In this document: positions 50,060-59,653 of the stretch, piece after piece | Numbering within the stretch: position 1 is the first letter of the stretch | Layout of the letters: the number at the start of each line of letters is the position of its first letter | IMG/VR virus record: IMGVR_UViG_3300021960_000024 | Direction: 5' to 3' (one strand) | Origin: an uncultured virus (IMG/VR IMGVR_UViG_3300021960_000024) | Lineage: Duplodnaviria > Heunggongvirae > Uroviricota > Caudoviricetes | Length of the DNA: 64,000 bases | Notes under the pieces: model-generated | The model's input: only the letters and a program-made list of their open reading frames with translations | Databases searched by the model: none | What the model was told of the DNA's origin: nothing | Made by a program: the position numbers and the translations under genes

Positions 50060-50872
50060 ATGAAAATACTTATACCATTTTCTGGGGGAGTCAATTCTAC
50101 ATACTCACTTTATCGTTGGTTATCTGAAACTGATGCTGATATTATTTCTCTATACGGGGTTGATCAGTGGTATGATGATAAACATAACGATGATGAATTA
50201 AATAGAGCTAGAAAAATAGTAAGTTATTTAAAATCTACTGTCAGAGAATTTGAATTTGACATAAGTGAATGGCCATCTAATTATGTTATTGAGAAACATC
50301 CTATACGGCCGGGATTTAATTTAGGAATGTGGGATGTTGGAAAGGTTCGTCCTCGATATGAAGGATATGTTAAGTGGCAAAATGAAACCAAAACAGATGG
50401 TATTTCTATTGGATTATCGTTAGAAAATACAGCAATGGATTGTGGTTATAATACATTACGTTCTGTTGTTGAACAAAATAGTATGGATATTTATTTAGGA
50501 GGAATGCCCGAATTAACACCAGTTCCGCAAGGTGATGATTTTGATTGGGATTATATAAGTTCAAAAATGATTGGAAGGTTTGAACAATACGAGTCAATAC
50601 CAGAAGAGTTACAAAGTTTAGTTGTCAAATGTAATTTGACTACATGTAAAAAAGAAAAATGTAGGGATTGTGCATATTGGAGAACCTATAAAATATTTGT
50701 TGAAGAGGGCAAGACAGGAAGAGACTTTGATTTGTATTGTGCCAAACACGGCAGCTATGGTCCTTGGAGACATGAAGCTGATCCAGAAACTTATTATTAT
50801 CGTGGTGCATCAAAAAAAAGAAATGGTGAAAATGCTAAAGAAGCTACTCTTCCATATCTAACATATAAGTAA
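50060..50872 (+). CDS. PP-loop (QueC-like) protein, paralogue with Cys cluster
   Basis: MKILIPFSGGVNST; C..TTC...KCRDC cluster. Confidence 0.7.
   Translation: MKILIPFSGGVNSTYSLYRWLSETDADIISLYGVDQWYDDKHNDDELNRARKIVSYLKSTVREFEFDISEWPSNYVIEKHPIRPGFNLGMWDVGKVRPRYEGYVKWQNETKTDGISIGLSLENTAMDCGYNTLRSVVEQNSMDIYLGGMPELTPVPQGDDFDWDYISSKMIGRFEQYESIPEELQSLVVKCNLTTCKKEKCRDCAYWRTYKIFVEEGKTGRDFDLYCAKHGSYGPWRHEADPETYYYRGASKKRNGENAKEATLPYLTYK
50675..50794 (+). repeat. 120-bp exact direct repeat, copy 2
   Basis: Identical to 49870-49989. Confidence 0.92.
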
Positions 50873-50884
50873 AGGATATGTCAT

Positions 50885-51307
50885 ATGGTAAATGAAATAG
50901 ATAAAGCACTCGGTGTGGTTGGGGATGTTATTCCCCCAGAGGCATCTTTGAACCCAAACGCCAAAATGTCTGATGTTTCCCGTTATCCAGTAGAGCTAGA
51001 GGGGGGTGAAGATGTTGATGCTGACTACAAGTATCAACGAGAAAACTTTTATCGGTTGGTTGAACAGGGCTCTACTGCGATTGAGGGTATCCTTGAACTT
51101 GCGAAAGAGGGTGAACATCCAAGGGCATACGAGGTTGCTGGACAGTTAATCAAGAATGTTGCAGAGGTCACTGAGAAACTAGGTGACCTTCAAGAGAAGA
51201 TGAAGAAACTCAAAGAGGTTCCCAATAACGCACCGAAGAGTGTTACGAATGCATTATTTGTTGGTAGCACTGCTGAGTTGCAAAAAATGTTGAAAGGTAA
51301 AAAGTGA
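50885..51307 (+). CDS. gp16: Terminase small subunit gp16
   Basis: DY.YQRENFY.LVE.G..AI..ILELA....HPRAYEVAGQLIK, NALFVGSTAELQKML. Confidence 0.93.
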   Translation: MVNEIDKALGVVGDVIPPEASLNPNAKMSDVSRYPVELEGGEDVDADYKYQRENFYRLVEQGSTAIEGILELAKEGEHPRAYEVAGQLIKNVAEVTEKLGDLQEKMKKLKEVPNNAPKSVTNALFVGSTAELQKMLKGKK

Positions 51308-52296
51308 GTAAGGTTCTTTATTATCATCTCAATTCCTTTCCAGAAATAAGTGCAAGAGATGAGTATAAATTAGCAACTAGTTTTGGATTACACTCTCCTC
51401 GTTTTAGATTTGGTTTTGACAACCAGTTTGATTTGATAGAGAACCCCCTTACAAATTTTCCTACAAATTTTACATCAACATTCGAAGAGTTAACTAATCG
51501 TAGGGCTGTAGAGTTGTGGGATATTGGCAAACCAATAAGATTGTGGTGGTCAGGTGGTATAGACAGCACATGTGCATTGGTAAGTCTGTTGAAAACTAAA
51601 AGGTTGGATACAAGTCTTACTGTGTATCTATCAAAAGCTAGTGTACAAGAAAATCCACGTTTCTATGATTTGTTAGTTAATAAGAAAATTAATTTGCAGT
51701 GGCATTCTTTTGATAACTATGTCTATGACAATGATCAGTTATGGGACGGGCAAACAATTAATGTTAATGGTGGCGGGGGAGATGAATTATTTCTCGCAAT
51801 ATCATCATATACATCTATAGAGGATTTTTTCAAAATTAAAGACCACGATTGGATTAATGTTATGAAAGATTCTGATATGTTAAACACTGCTGAAAAGTAT
51901 ATTGATATGTCTCCATACAAACCAAAAACATGTTGGGAGTTACTTTGGTGGTTTGCTAGGAGTATAGATGATTTATTATCAAGATACCTCTCACCAAGAT
52001 TTCTCAAAGACCCATCTGTGTATCATCTAGAATATCCATTTTTCTATACAGATTATTTTGAGAAGTGGGCTTTGTCTAATCCATATGCTGGACATAATGG
52101 TGACTATGGAACATACAAATGGCCAATGAAAAAATACATATATGATTATGATAAAAATGAAGATTACTTATATACAAAACAAAAAGAAAGTTCATTTCGT
52201 TCAGTAAATAAACAACCACGATATGAAGGTGTATCTTCTAATCATTATGTTCTTAATACGATTGTGTATGAAGATGGTACATACGTTAGATACTAA
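51304..52296 (+). CDS. Asparagine-synthase-like PP-loop protein
   Basis: LWWSGGIDST, NGGGGDELF, PFF...FEKW, YKWPMKKYI; no N-terminal glutaminase domain. Confidence 0.75.
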   Translation: MSKVLYYHLNSFPEISARDEYKLATSFGLHSPRFRFGFDNQFDLIENPLTNFPTNFTSTFEELTNRRAVELWDIGKPIRLWWSGGIDSTCALVSLLKTKRLDTSLTVYLSKASVQENPRFYDLLVNKKINLQWHSFDNYVYDNDQLWDGQTINVNGGGGDELFLAISSYTSIEDFFKIKDHDWINVMKDSDMLNTAEKYIDMSPYKPKTCWELLWWFARSIDDLLSRYLSPRFLKDPSVYHLEYPFFYTDYFEKWALSNPYAGHNGDYGTYKWPMKKYIYDYDKNEDYLYTKQKESSFRSVNKQPRYEGVSSNHYVLNTIVYEDGTYVRY

Positions 52297-52314
52297 ATAG
52301 ATCAGGAGATAGTA

Positions 52315-53958
52315 ATGGCTGATAATCAATATTTAGGAAATCCGAATCTGAAGAAGGCCAATGTCGCCCAGAATTGGACGAAGGAAGAACTTGTTGAGTA
52401 TCAGAAATGTATGGAAAGCCCACAATATTTCATAGAAAACTATGTAAAGATTGTTTCTCTTGATGAGGGTCTTGTTCCATTTAAGATGTATGATTTCCAG
52501 AAGGAAATGGTAGGTACTTTCCACAGCAATCGTTTCACCATCTGTAAACTACCTAGACAGTCGGGTAAGTCTACCGTCATGGTTTCATATCTACTTCATT
52601 ACGCACTTTTCAACCCCAGTGTCAATATCGCAATCCTTGCGAATAAGGCTGCAACTGCTCGTGATCTACTATCACGATTGCAACTTGCGTATGAACATCT
52701 ACCGAAATGGTTGCAACAGGGAGTAATGAGTTGGAACAAAGGTTCCTTGGAGTTAGAAAATGGTTCAAAAATTCTTGCCTCTTCTACTAGTGCTAGTGCC
52801 GTTCGTGGCGGTTCTTACAACATCATTTTTCTTGACGAGTTTGCGTATGTCCCCTCAAACGTGGCAGAACAGTTTTTTTCCTCTGTGTACCCCACAATTT
52901 CATCTGGTAAGACAACAAAGGTAATGATCGTTTCCACCCCGCATGGTATGAATATGTTCTATAAACTATGGGTGGATGCAGAGGAAGGTCGTAACACTTA
53001 TATTCCTATTGAGGTTCATTGGAGTGAAGTTCCCGGTAGAGATGAGAAGTGGAAAGAGGAAACGATTAAGAACACCTCTCAGGCTCAATTCAATACAGAG
53101 TTTGAGTGTGAGTTCCTTGGTTCTATTGATACCCTTATCGCACCATATAAATTGAAACAATTGACATATCGGGCACCAATACAGTCTAGTGCTGGCCTTG
53201 ATGTTCATGTTGCACCACAACCAGATCGTACATATGTTCTCGTCGCAGATGTTGCAAGGGGAACACAAAACGATTATTCTGCGTTTGTGGTTGTGGATGT
53301 AAGTGAAATACCATATAGAGTGGTCGCAAAGTTTAGAGACAATGAACTGAAACCCCTTATATTTCCATCCAAGATTTATGATGTTGCAAGAGCATACAAT
53401 CAAGCATTCGTATTGATTGAGGTTAATGACATAGGAGAACAGGTTGCTAGTGCGATGCAGTTTGACTTGGAGTATGACAACCTTATTATGGCAAGTATGC
53501 GTGGGCGAGCGGGACAGGTCATTGGAGCAGGGTTCAGTGGTGGTCGAGCGCAGTTGGGGGTAAGAACAACTAAGGCTGTAAAAAAGATTGGTTGTTCTAA
53601 TCTCAAACAGTTGGTTGAGGATAATAAACTTATTCTTGAGGATTATGACTGTATCAACGAACTTTCTACCTTTATTGTCAAGGGCCAGTCATTTGAAGCA
53701 GACGATGGGTGTAATGATGATTTGGTCGCATGTCTCTTTATCTTTGCATGGTTGACAGACCAGACATACTTCAAGGAACTAACTAACAACGATATTCGAC
53801 GGGTCATGATGAATGAACAACAAGACATGCTAGAACAAGATATGGCACCATTTGGTTTCATTGTAAATGGTCTTGAGGATGAGAATATCGGTGAGATGGT
53901 AGACGAATATGGAACTCGCTGGTCACCAATTGTGAGAGATAGTTCTAAAAGTTGGTAA
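52315..53958 (+). CDS. gp17: Terminase large subunit gp17
   Basis: YLGNPNLK, PRQSGKST (Walker A), IFLDEFAYV (Walker B), VSTPHG, ADVARG, DDLV. Confidence 0.98.
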   Translation: MADNQYLGNPNLKKANVAQNWTKEELVEYQKCMESPQYFIENYVKIVSLDEGLVPFKMYDFQKEMVGTFHSNRFTICKLPRQSGKSTVMVSYLLHYALFNPSVNIAILANKAATARDLLSRLQLAYEHLPKWLQQGVMSWNKGSLELENGSKILASSTSASAVRGGSYNIIFLDEFAYVPSNVAEQFFSSVYPTISSGKTTKVMIVSTPHGMNMFYKLWVDAEEGRNTYIPIEVHWSEVPGRDEKWKEETIKNTSQAQFNTEFECEFLGSIDTLIAPYKLKQLTYRAPIQSSAGLDVHVAPQPDRTYVLVADVARGTQNDYSAFVVVDVSEIPYRVVAKFRDNELKPLIFPSKIYDVARAYNQAFVLIEVNDIGEQVASAMQFDLEYDNLIMASMRGRAGQVIGAGFSGGRAQLGVRTTKAVKKIGCSNLKQLVEDNKLILEDYDCINELSTFIVKGQSFEADDGCNDDLVACLFIFAWLTDQTYFKELTNNDIRRVMMNEQQDMLEQDMAPFGFIVNGLEDENIGEMVDEYGTRWSPIVRDSSKSW

Positions 53959-53962
53959 TATC

Positions 53963-54262
53963 CTAAATAAATTCTATTAGATCATGATGTTTCTTAATGT
54001 AACAGTTGTAGCATAGAATGACAGACTGATCAATTAGGTGAAATACCTCTTTGCGGCTTTCATCACTTGTTCCAACTCTCTTGGATACTTTGCGTATCTC
54101 TGCATCATGGGGGTAGAATTTAAGACAAACGTGTTCTGCCTCACCACAGTGAATACAGGATTTGTCTGTGAGAAATTCGTTTAGGAGATATACTCGTTTC
54201 TGGTAATTTCTCCGTGAAACTTTCTTGATAGTGTCTTTGTATTTTTCATAATGATTATTCAT
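53963..54262 (-). CDS. HNH-like zinc-binding protein (apparently degenerate)
   Basis: CIHCG...LKF...ILCYNCY..H; likely start at 54262 below a minus-strand TATAAATA (54268-54275). Confidence 0.65.
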   Translation of the reverse strand: MNNHYEKYKDTIKKVSRRNYQKRVYLLNEFLTDKSCIHCGEAEHVCLKFYPHDAEIRKVSKRVGTSDESRKEVFHLIDQSVILCYNCYIKKHHDLIEFI

Positions 54263-54318
54263 GATTCTATTTATATGATATAACACTTATAAAAACGAGT
54301 TTTGTAAAAGAGGTTTTT

Positions 54319-54326
54319 TATAAATA
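54319..54326 (+). promoter_or_regulatory. T4-type late promoter
   Basis: TATAAATA upstream of gp18. Confidence 0.8.
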
Positions 54327-54367
54327 TCTGTATAACAAATAACTCTCTTTAAGTTAGGAGTAAAGAT

Positions 54368-56581
54368 ATGGGATTTCTAGTTTCACCCGGCGTTCATGTA
54401 CGGGAAATTGATCTTACGAATGTTGTTCCATCTGTATCTACCTCTATCGGTGCAATCGCCGGTCCTTTTGCAAAAGGTCCAGTTAGTGCGGTTACTGCGA
54501 TTAGTTCGGAAGAACAGTTACTACAGACATTTGGTAAGCCAAACAGTTCAAATTTTGAGTGGTGGTTCACTGCTGCAAACTTCTTGCAGTATGGTGACGC
54601 TCTTCGTGTGGTTCGTGCAGAATCAGGCATTTTAAACGCTGGTGCAACCAGTGGTATCCTCATTCGTGACGATGACCACTATGAAGATAGTTTCTCCACA
54701 GGACAGGGTACTCACGGTGAGTGGACTGCTCGTACCGCTGGTACTTGGGGTAACTCAATCGGTGTGGATATCTGCCCCAGCGCAAGAGCATTTACTCAAC
54801 CTCTGGGTACACTTAACCTAGTGAATGGTGCCGGTGCAATTGGTGATTTGCAAATCACAGTTGATGATCAAGATGCAACTGATGCGACAATCGCAGTCGG
54901 TGACATTATTAAGTTTTTCACAAACAACTCTGTCACTGCAACATCTGACGGGGCAATCACAGTTCCATCTAAAACTCTTACGGTTGATGGTAACTCTGGT
55001 ACAATCGCAGTTGGTCAACGTGTGATTGGTGCCGGTATCTCTGATGGTGGCATTCAGGCTAAAGTTGTAACAGTTACTTCTCAGACTTCTCTTATCCTTG
55101 ATAAAGCAATTACGGTAGCTGACAATGTGCCTCTTGCATTTGATACGGTCACCGCAGTTGAAAGTGGTAACGTAGAATACGAAGTTACTTCTGTTTCTGG
55201 TGAAGTTCTAACTATTCGTCTACTTGATGATCCCGCCGGTGGTGGACTTAAAACTATTATTCCTGATAACTCTTACATTCAACGCCGTTGGCGTTTCAGT
55301 GACCTCTTTGATGCGCCTCCTGGCACATCCGATTGGTCAACTGCAAACGGGCGGGGTGAACAAGACGAACTTCACGTTGCAGTTTACGACACAACAGGTG
55401 ACATTACGGGTTATGCTGTGGATGTTAAGGGTCAGCGTGGACCTTCAGTTATCGAACTGTTCCCTGCTATGTCTAAAAACTCTGCTGCGAAGACAACACA
55501 GGGTGGAAATAACTACTACCCAGATGTTATCTTCCGTGGTTCTAATTACATCTACTGGACGGATCACATCTCTGGCGGTACTAACTGGGGTACAGACATT
55601 GCAACAGGTACAGACTATACACTAGTATCTGGTGTTAATGTTGACACTCTGACAGGTGGAACGGATGATTACTCCGTGACTGCTGGTGAAATTGAACGTG
55701 GCTATGACAAGTTCGCTGACACAGAAAATCTTGACATCAACCTAGTCATGGGTGGTCCAAGTTCTGGTGTTACAGATAGTGATGATGGTCAGGATACTTT
55801 TGTGACCATGATTACTGACCTTGTTGAATCACGAAGGGATTGCGTCGGTTTCGTATCCCCTTATCGTGCTGCAACAGTTGGTGTAACATCATCCATCGCT
55901 CAAACATATAATGTAAAGAATGCATTTGACAAATGTCCATCGTCTTCGTATATGGTATACGATAGTGGATACAAGTACATGTATGATAAATACAACGATG
56001 TGTATCGATTTGTTCCTTTAAACGGTGATACCGCTGGACTTTGTGCATACACAGATGGTGTTGCTGATCCTTGGTTCTCACCAGCTGGTTACAATCGTGG
56101 TGGTCTTCGTGGTGCAATCAAACTTTCTTATAACCCACAGAAAGCAGATCGTGACATTCTCTATAAGTCACGGATCAACCCAGTGGTTGATTTCCCCGGT
56201 CAGGGTGTTACACTCTTTGGTGATAAGACTGCTCTCACAAAACCAAGTGCATTTGACCGCATTAACGTGCGTCGTCTGTTCCTTGTTCTTGAGAAAGCAA
56301 TTGCCACTGCTTCTAAGTTCCAACTCTTTGAGTTCAATGATGAATTCACAAGAGCCCAGTTCCGTAATCTGGTAGAACCCTTCTTGCGGGATGTGCAGGG
56401 ACGCCGTGGTATTTTCGACTTTAAGGTAGTTTGTGATACAACTAATAACACTGGTGAGGTCATTGACCGTAACGAGTTTATTGGTGACATCTACATCAAA
56501 CCAGCAAGGTCAATCAACTTTATTACACTAAACTTCATCGCCGTGCGAACTGGTGTTGCGTTTAGTGAGGTAGGAGGTTAA
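54368..56581 (+). CDS. gp18: Tail sheath protein gp18
   Basis: SPGV.VREIDLT, F.KGP, FGKP, WFSPAG.NRG, SAFDRINVRRLF, YIKPARSINFI.LNF.A.RTGV.F.E. Confidence 0.98.
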   Translation: MGFLVSPGVHVREIDLTNVVPSVSTSIGAIAGPFAKGPVSAVTAISSEEQLLQTFGKPNSSNFEWWFTAANFLQYGDALRVVRAESGILNAGATSGILIRDDDHYEDSFSTGQGTHGEWTARTAGTWGNSIGVDICPSARAFTQPLGTLNLVNGAGAIGDLQITVDDQDATDATIAVGDIIKFFTNNSVTATSDGAITVPSKTLTVDGNSGTIAVGQRVIGAGISDGGIQAKVVTVTSQTSLILDKAITVADNVPLAFDTVTAVESGNVEYEVTSVSGEVLTIRLLDDPAGGGLKTIIPDNSYIQRRWRFSDLFDAPPGTSDWSTANGRGEQDELHVAVYDTTGDITGYAVDVKGQRGPSVIELFPAMSKNSAAKTTQGGNNYYPDVIFRGSNYIYWTDHISGGTNWGTDIATGTDYTLVSGVNVDTLTGGTDDYSVTAGEIERGYDKFADTENLDINLVMGGPSSGVTDSDDGQDTFVTMITDLVESRRDCVGFVSPYRAATVGVTSSIAQTYNVKNAFDKCPSSSYMVYDSGYKYMYDKYNDVYRFVPLNGDTAGLCAYTDGVADPWFSPAGYNRGGLRGAIKLSYNPQKADRDILYKSRINPVVDFPGQGVTLFGDKTALTKPSAFDRINVRRLFLVLEKAIATASKFQLFEFNDEFTRAQFRNLVEPFLRDVQGRRGIFDFKVVCDTTNNTGEVIDRNEFIGDIYIKPARSINFITLNFIAVRTGVAFSEVGG

Positions 56582-56583
56582 TC

Positions 56584-57120
56584 ATGGCTAATATAGATGA
56601 CTTTAAAGCAAGTTTAATCGGTGGTGGTGCAAGAGCCAACCAATTTAGGGTAACTATTACTCCACCATCAGGTATCGCAATCGGTCTTGATACTCGTAGA
56701 ACTTCGTTTCTTGTTAAGGCTGCAGCACTGCCATCCCGTGCAATCACTCCAATTGAATTGAAATTCCGTGGTCGTACTATCTTCATGGCAGGTGATGCCG
56801 CTGTTCCAGAAGCTTGGGAAACTACATTTCTTAATGACACTGACTTTATGATTAAAAACGCAATTGAACGCTGGTCAAATGGTATCAATGATTTCGCATT
56901 GAATACTGGTGTTGTATCTCCCTCTGACTATCAGACAGACTTAACTGTTGAACAGTTGGATCGTGACGAAACAGTTCTGAAGAGTTATATTCTAAGGAAT
57001 GCATGGCCAACGACAAGTGGTTCTGCTATTCCATTAGATATGAGCACTGAAAGTACAATTGAAGAATTTACATGTTCTTGGAGCTATCAACACTTTGAAG
57101 CTTCTGGCGTAAACTTCTAA
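56584..57120 (+). CDS. gp19: Tail tube protein gp19
   Basis: GGGARANQF.V, KAA.LP, FRGR....AGD, NDTDF, VEQLDR, IEEF. Confidence 0.96.
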   Translation: MANIDDFKASLIGGGARANQFRVTITPPSGIAIGLDTRRTSFLVKAAALPSRAITPIELKFRGRTIFMAGDAAVPEAWETTFLNDTDFMIKNAIERWSNGINDFALNTGVVSPSDYQTDLTVEQLDRDETVLKSYILRNAWPTTSGSAIPLDMSTESTIEEFTCSWSYQHFEASGVNF

Positions 57121-57159
57121 TTTGAACCTACTAAATAGACGGTAGGAGATAAAAATATT

Positions 57160-58803
57160 ATGGCAGAATTATTCGGCTTTTCAATACAAAAAGCAAAAAA
57201 GGATCAGGGGCTCAGTGGAAAAACTTTCACTGACCCCACTCCTGATGACGGCGCAATTGAGATTGCAGGCGGTGGGTTCTTTTCCTCTGTACTAGATACA
57301 GATGGTCGAGAACGCAATGACCTTGACCTCATTCGTCGTTATAGAGATATTTCTATGCAATCGGAGTGTGATGCTGCGGTTGAAGATATTGTGAATGAAG
57401 GTATCATTTCAAATCTAAATGATATTCCAGTAAATATCGATTTAACAAATCTAAAATACGGCGATAAAATTAAAAATAGAATTCGAGTTGAGTTCATGGA
57501 AGTTCTAAGACTTCTTAATTTTAATGAAAAGGGTCATGATATCTTTCGTCGTTGGTATGTTGATGGTCGTATATACTACCACAAAGTTATCGACAATAAA
57601 GACCCACAGAAGGGTTTAACCCATCTAAGATTTATTGACCCAACTAAAATTCGTAAGGTTCGAGAAACAAAAAAAGACCCTAGCGTTGACCAGAATGGCG
57701 TTGAAATGGTCAGTAAGGTAGATGAATATTTTATCTACAGCGATAAGGGTTTTGCAAGTTCGGGTTCTCAGGGTAATGATCAGGGAATTAAAATTGCTGC
57801 TGATTCAGTAGTATATGTTCCATCAGGACTCCTTGACAACAACTCTGGTCGAGTTATCTCGCACCTACACAAAGCAATCAAACCAGTTAATCAGTTGCGT
57901 ATGATCGAAGATGCGATTGTTATCTATCGCATCTCTCGTGCGCCAGAACGTAGAATTTTCTATATTGACGTTGGTAATCTACCAAAGGTAAAAGCAGAAC
58001 AGTATCTAAAAGATGTGATGAATCGTTATCGTAACAAGTTGGTATACGATGCAAGTACAGGTGAGATTCGGGATGACCGTAATCACATGTCTATGTTGGA
58101 AGATTTCTGGCTTCCTCGCCGTGAAGGTGGTAGAGGAACAGAAATTAGCACACTTCCCGGCGGTTCTAATTTGGGAGAGATTGATGATATCGTATATTTC
58201 CAACGGAAACTATACCGTTCACTTAACGTGCCGATTTCAAGACTTGAAGCTGAAAACGGATTCAGTATGGGAAGGGCATCAGAAATTACTAGAGACGAAC
58301 TCAAGTTCACTAAGTTCGTACAACGTATTCGTAAGAAATTTACCCCCCTATTCACTGACTTGCTCAAAACTAACCTACTCCTTAAAGGCGTAATCTCACC
58401 AGAAGATTGGCCTCGTATGCAAGAACATATTCAGTATGACTTTATGGAAGATGGTCACTTTGCAGAGTTGAAAGACGCAGAACTTCTTAATGATCGTATT
58501 CAGACACTTGATAGCATTCAGTCCTATATTGGTACATTCTTCAGTAAGGAATATGTACTGAAAAAAGTCCTAAATATGACAGACGCAGAAATTCAAGAGA
58601 TGCGAGCTCAGATGAAGAAGGAAGTTGAAACTGATCCATTGGATGGTGGTATTGATATGCCAGATGGTGGTGACGGTATCACAAGGTATCCACAGGATGG
58701 TGATGGTGGTGTGATTGCACCAGAACAGATGCCAGACTATGAGGAACCAGAACAAGATGGTAAACCAAATGATGATCAAAAATTTGGTAAAGGAGATAAA
58801 TAA
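57160..58803 (+). CDS. gp20: Portal protein gp20
   Basis: FRRWYVDGR, LHKAIKPVNQLRMIED, RAPERRIFYIDVGNLPK, EDFWLPRREGGRGTEI. Confidence 0.98.
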   Translation: MAELFGFSIQKAKKDQGLSGKTFTDPTPDDGAIEIAGGGFFSSVLDTDGRERNDLDLIRRYRDISMQSECDAAVEDIVNEGIISNLNDIPVNIDLTNLKYGDKIKNRIRVEFMEVLRLLNFNEKGHDIFRRWYVDGRIYYHKVIDNKDPQKGLTHLRFIDPTKIRKVRETKKDPSVDQNGVEMVSKVDEYFIYSDKGFASSGSQGNDQGIKIAADSVVYVPSGLLDNNSGRVISHLHKAIKPVNQLRMIEDAIVIYRISRAPERRIFYIDVGNLPKVKAEQYLKDVMNRYRNKLVYDASTGEIRDDRNHMSMLEDFWLPRREGGRGTEISTLPGGSNLGEIDDIVYFQRKLYRSLNVPISRLEAENGFSMGRASEITRDELKFTKFVQRIRKKFTPLFTDLLKTNLLLKGVISPEDWPRMQEHIQYDFMEDGHFAELKDAELLNDRIQTLDSIQSYIGTFFSKEYVLKKVLNMTDAEIQEMRAQMKKEVETDPLDGGIDMPDGGDGITRYPQDGDGGVIAPEQMPDYEEPEQDGKPNDDQKFGKGDK

Positions 58804-58979
58804 TGAGTAAAGAATTTGTAGATGCTCTTGTAGATGGCAACAATATCGAAGCGGAAAAGGCATTTAGTATCACAATGGCTGCAAGGGTTGGTGATGCTTT
58901 AGAGGTTAAACGTAGAGAACTTGCTAACACATTTGTCAAATATCAGAATAAGGAAGCAGATGGAAATGAAGAGGATTGA
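58803..58979 (+). CDS. Small prohead core protein (gp67-like), 58 aa
   Basis: Read by hand: MSKEFVDALVDGNNIEAEKAF...LEVKRRELA..F. TAATG coupling with the portal; position and pattern match gp67. Confidence 0.65.
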   Translation: MSKEFVDALVDGNNIEAEKAFSITMAARVGDALEVKRRELANTFVKYQNKEADGNEED

Positions 58980-59214
58980 GGAAATCTATGAATCTACAGT
59001 TGTAGAGAAGGATGAACACAGGAAATCTAAACAATATAAACGTCTTTCACCCAAAATGAAGGACGCAGTGGACGATTTGTTCAAAAAAATGGACTCTAAA
59101 CCTTCAGATTTCCTAAATAGTTTCGAAAGAACTATAACCGATGTATCTAAGAAATATAAAGTTCCTGAGAGGGAACTTCTTGGGTATTTTGAAAAAGAAA
59201 TGTTAGCGATCTAG
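58960..59214 (+). CDS. Hypothetical head-module protein
   Basis: ORF between the gp67-like gene and gp21; probable start 58960 or 58966. Confidence 0.6.
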   Translation: MEMKRIEEIYESTVVEKDEHRKSKQYKRLSPKMKDAVDDLFKKMDSKPSDFLNSFERTITDVSKKYKVPERELLGYFEKEMLAI

Positions 59215-59223
59215 GGGATATAG

Positions 59224-59643
59224 ATGTCATTTGTAACAACAACATTAAGAGATACGATTGTGAATGCACCAGCTGCTGGTGGTATCGTAACGGTAAAGGC
59301 AATCTTTGATAATGATACTGCTGACAATCTTATTCTTGATGCAGGCGGTCTTTCTGGATTTGCAAACGGTTGTAAGTTAGACCTGTCCCGTGCTTGGTGG
59401 GCTCTTACTCAGGGTACTGCTGCAGCAAACACTGGTGATTTGATCATTAAGTTTATCGGTTCTTCAGACAATGTAGTTGCACTACAACTTGCTGGTACAG
59501 GACACTATGATGGTTCTGCTGGACTAATCAAGGGAACTGCAACAAATACGACTGCAACATCCTCTGATATCAACGGAGAAACAAGGGGTACTTCTGGGTT
59601 TGTTATTTTAGAATTTAAAAAAGACAACGCTTGGACGGCATAA
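59224..59643 (+). CDS. Hypothetical (probable structural) protein
   Basis: 139 aa beta-rich ORF upstream of the protease. Confidence 0.65.
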   Translation: MSFVTTTLRDTIVNAPAAGGIVTVKAIFDNDTADNLILDAGGLSGFANGCKLDLSRAWWALTQGTAAANTGDLIIKFIGSSDNVVALQLAGTGHYDGSAGLIKGTATNTTATSSDINGETRGTSGFVILEFKKDNAWTA

Positions 59644-59653
59644 GGATAAAACA

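Noticed and set aside
49870..50794. Diversity-generating retroelement TR/VR pair
   Set aside because: The two 120-bp copies are identical with no adenine-specific mismatches, both are coding, and no reverse transcriptase is visible in the window.
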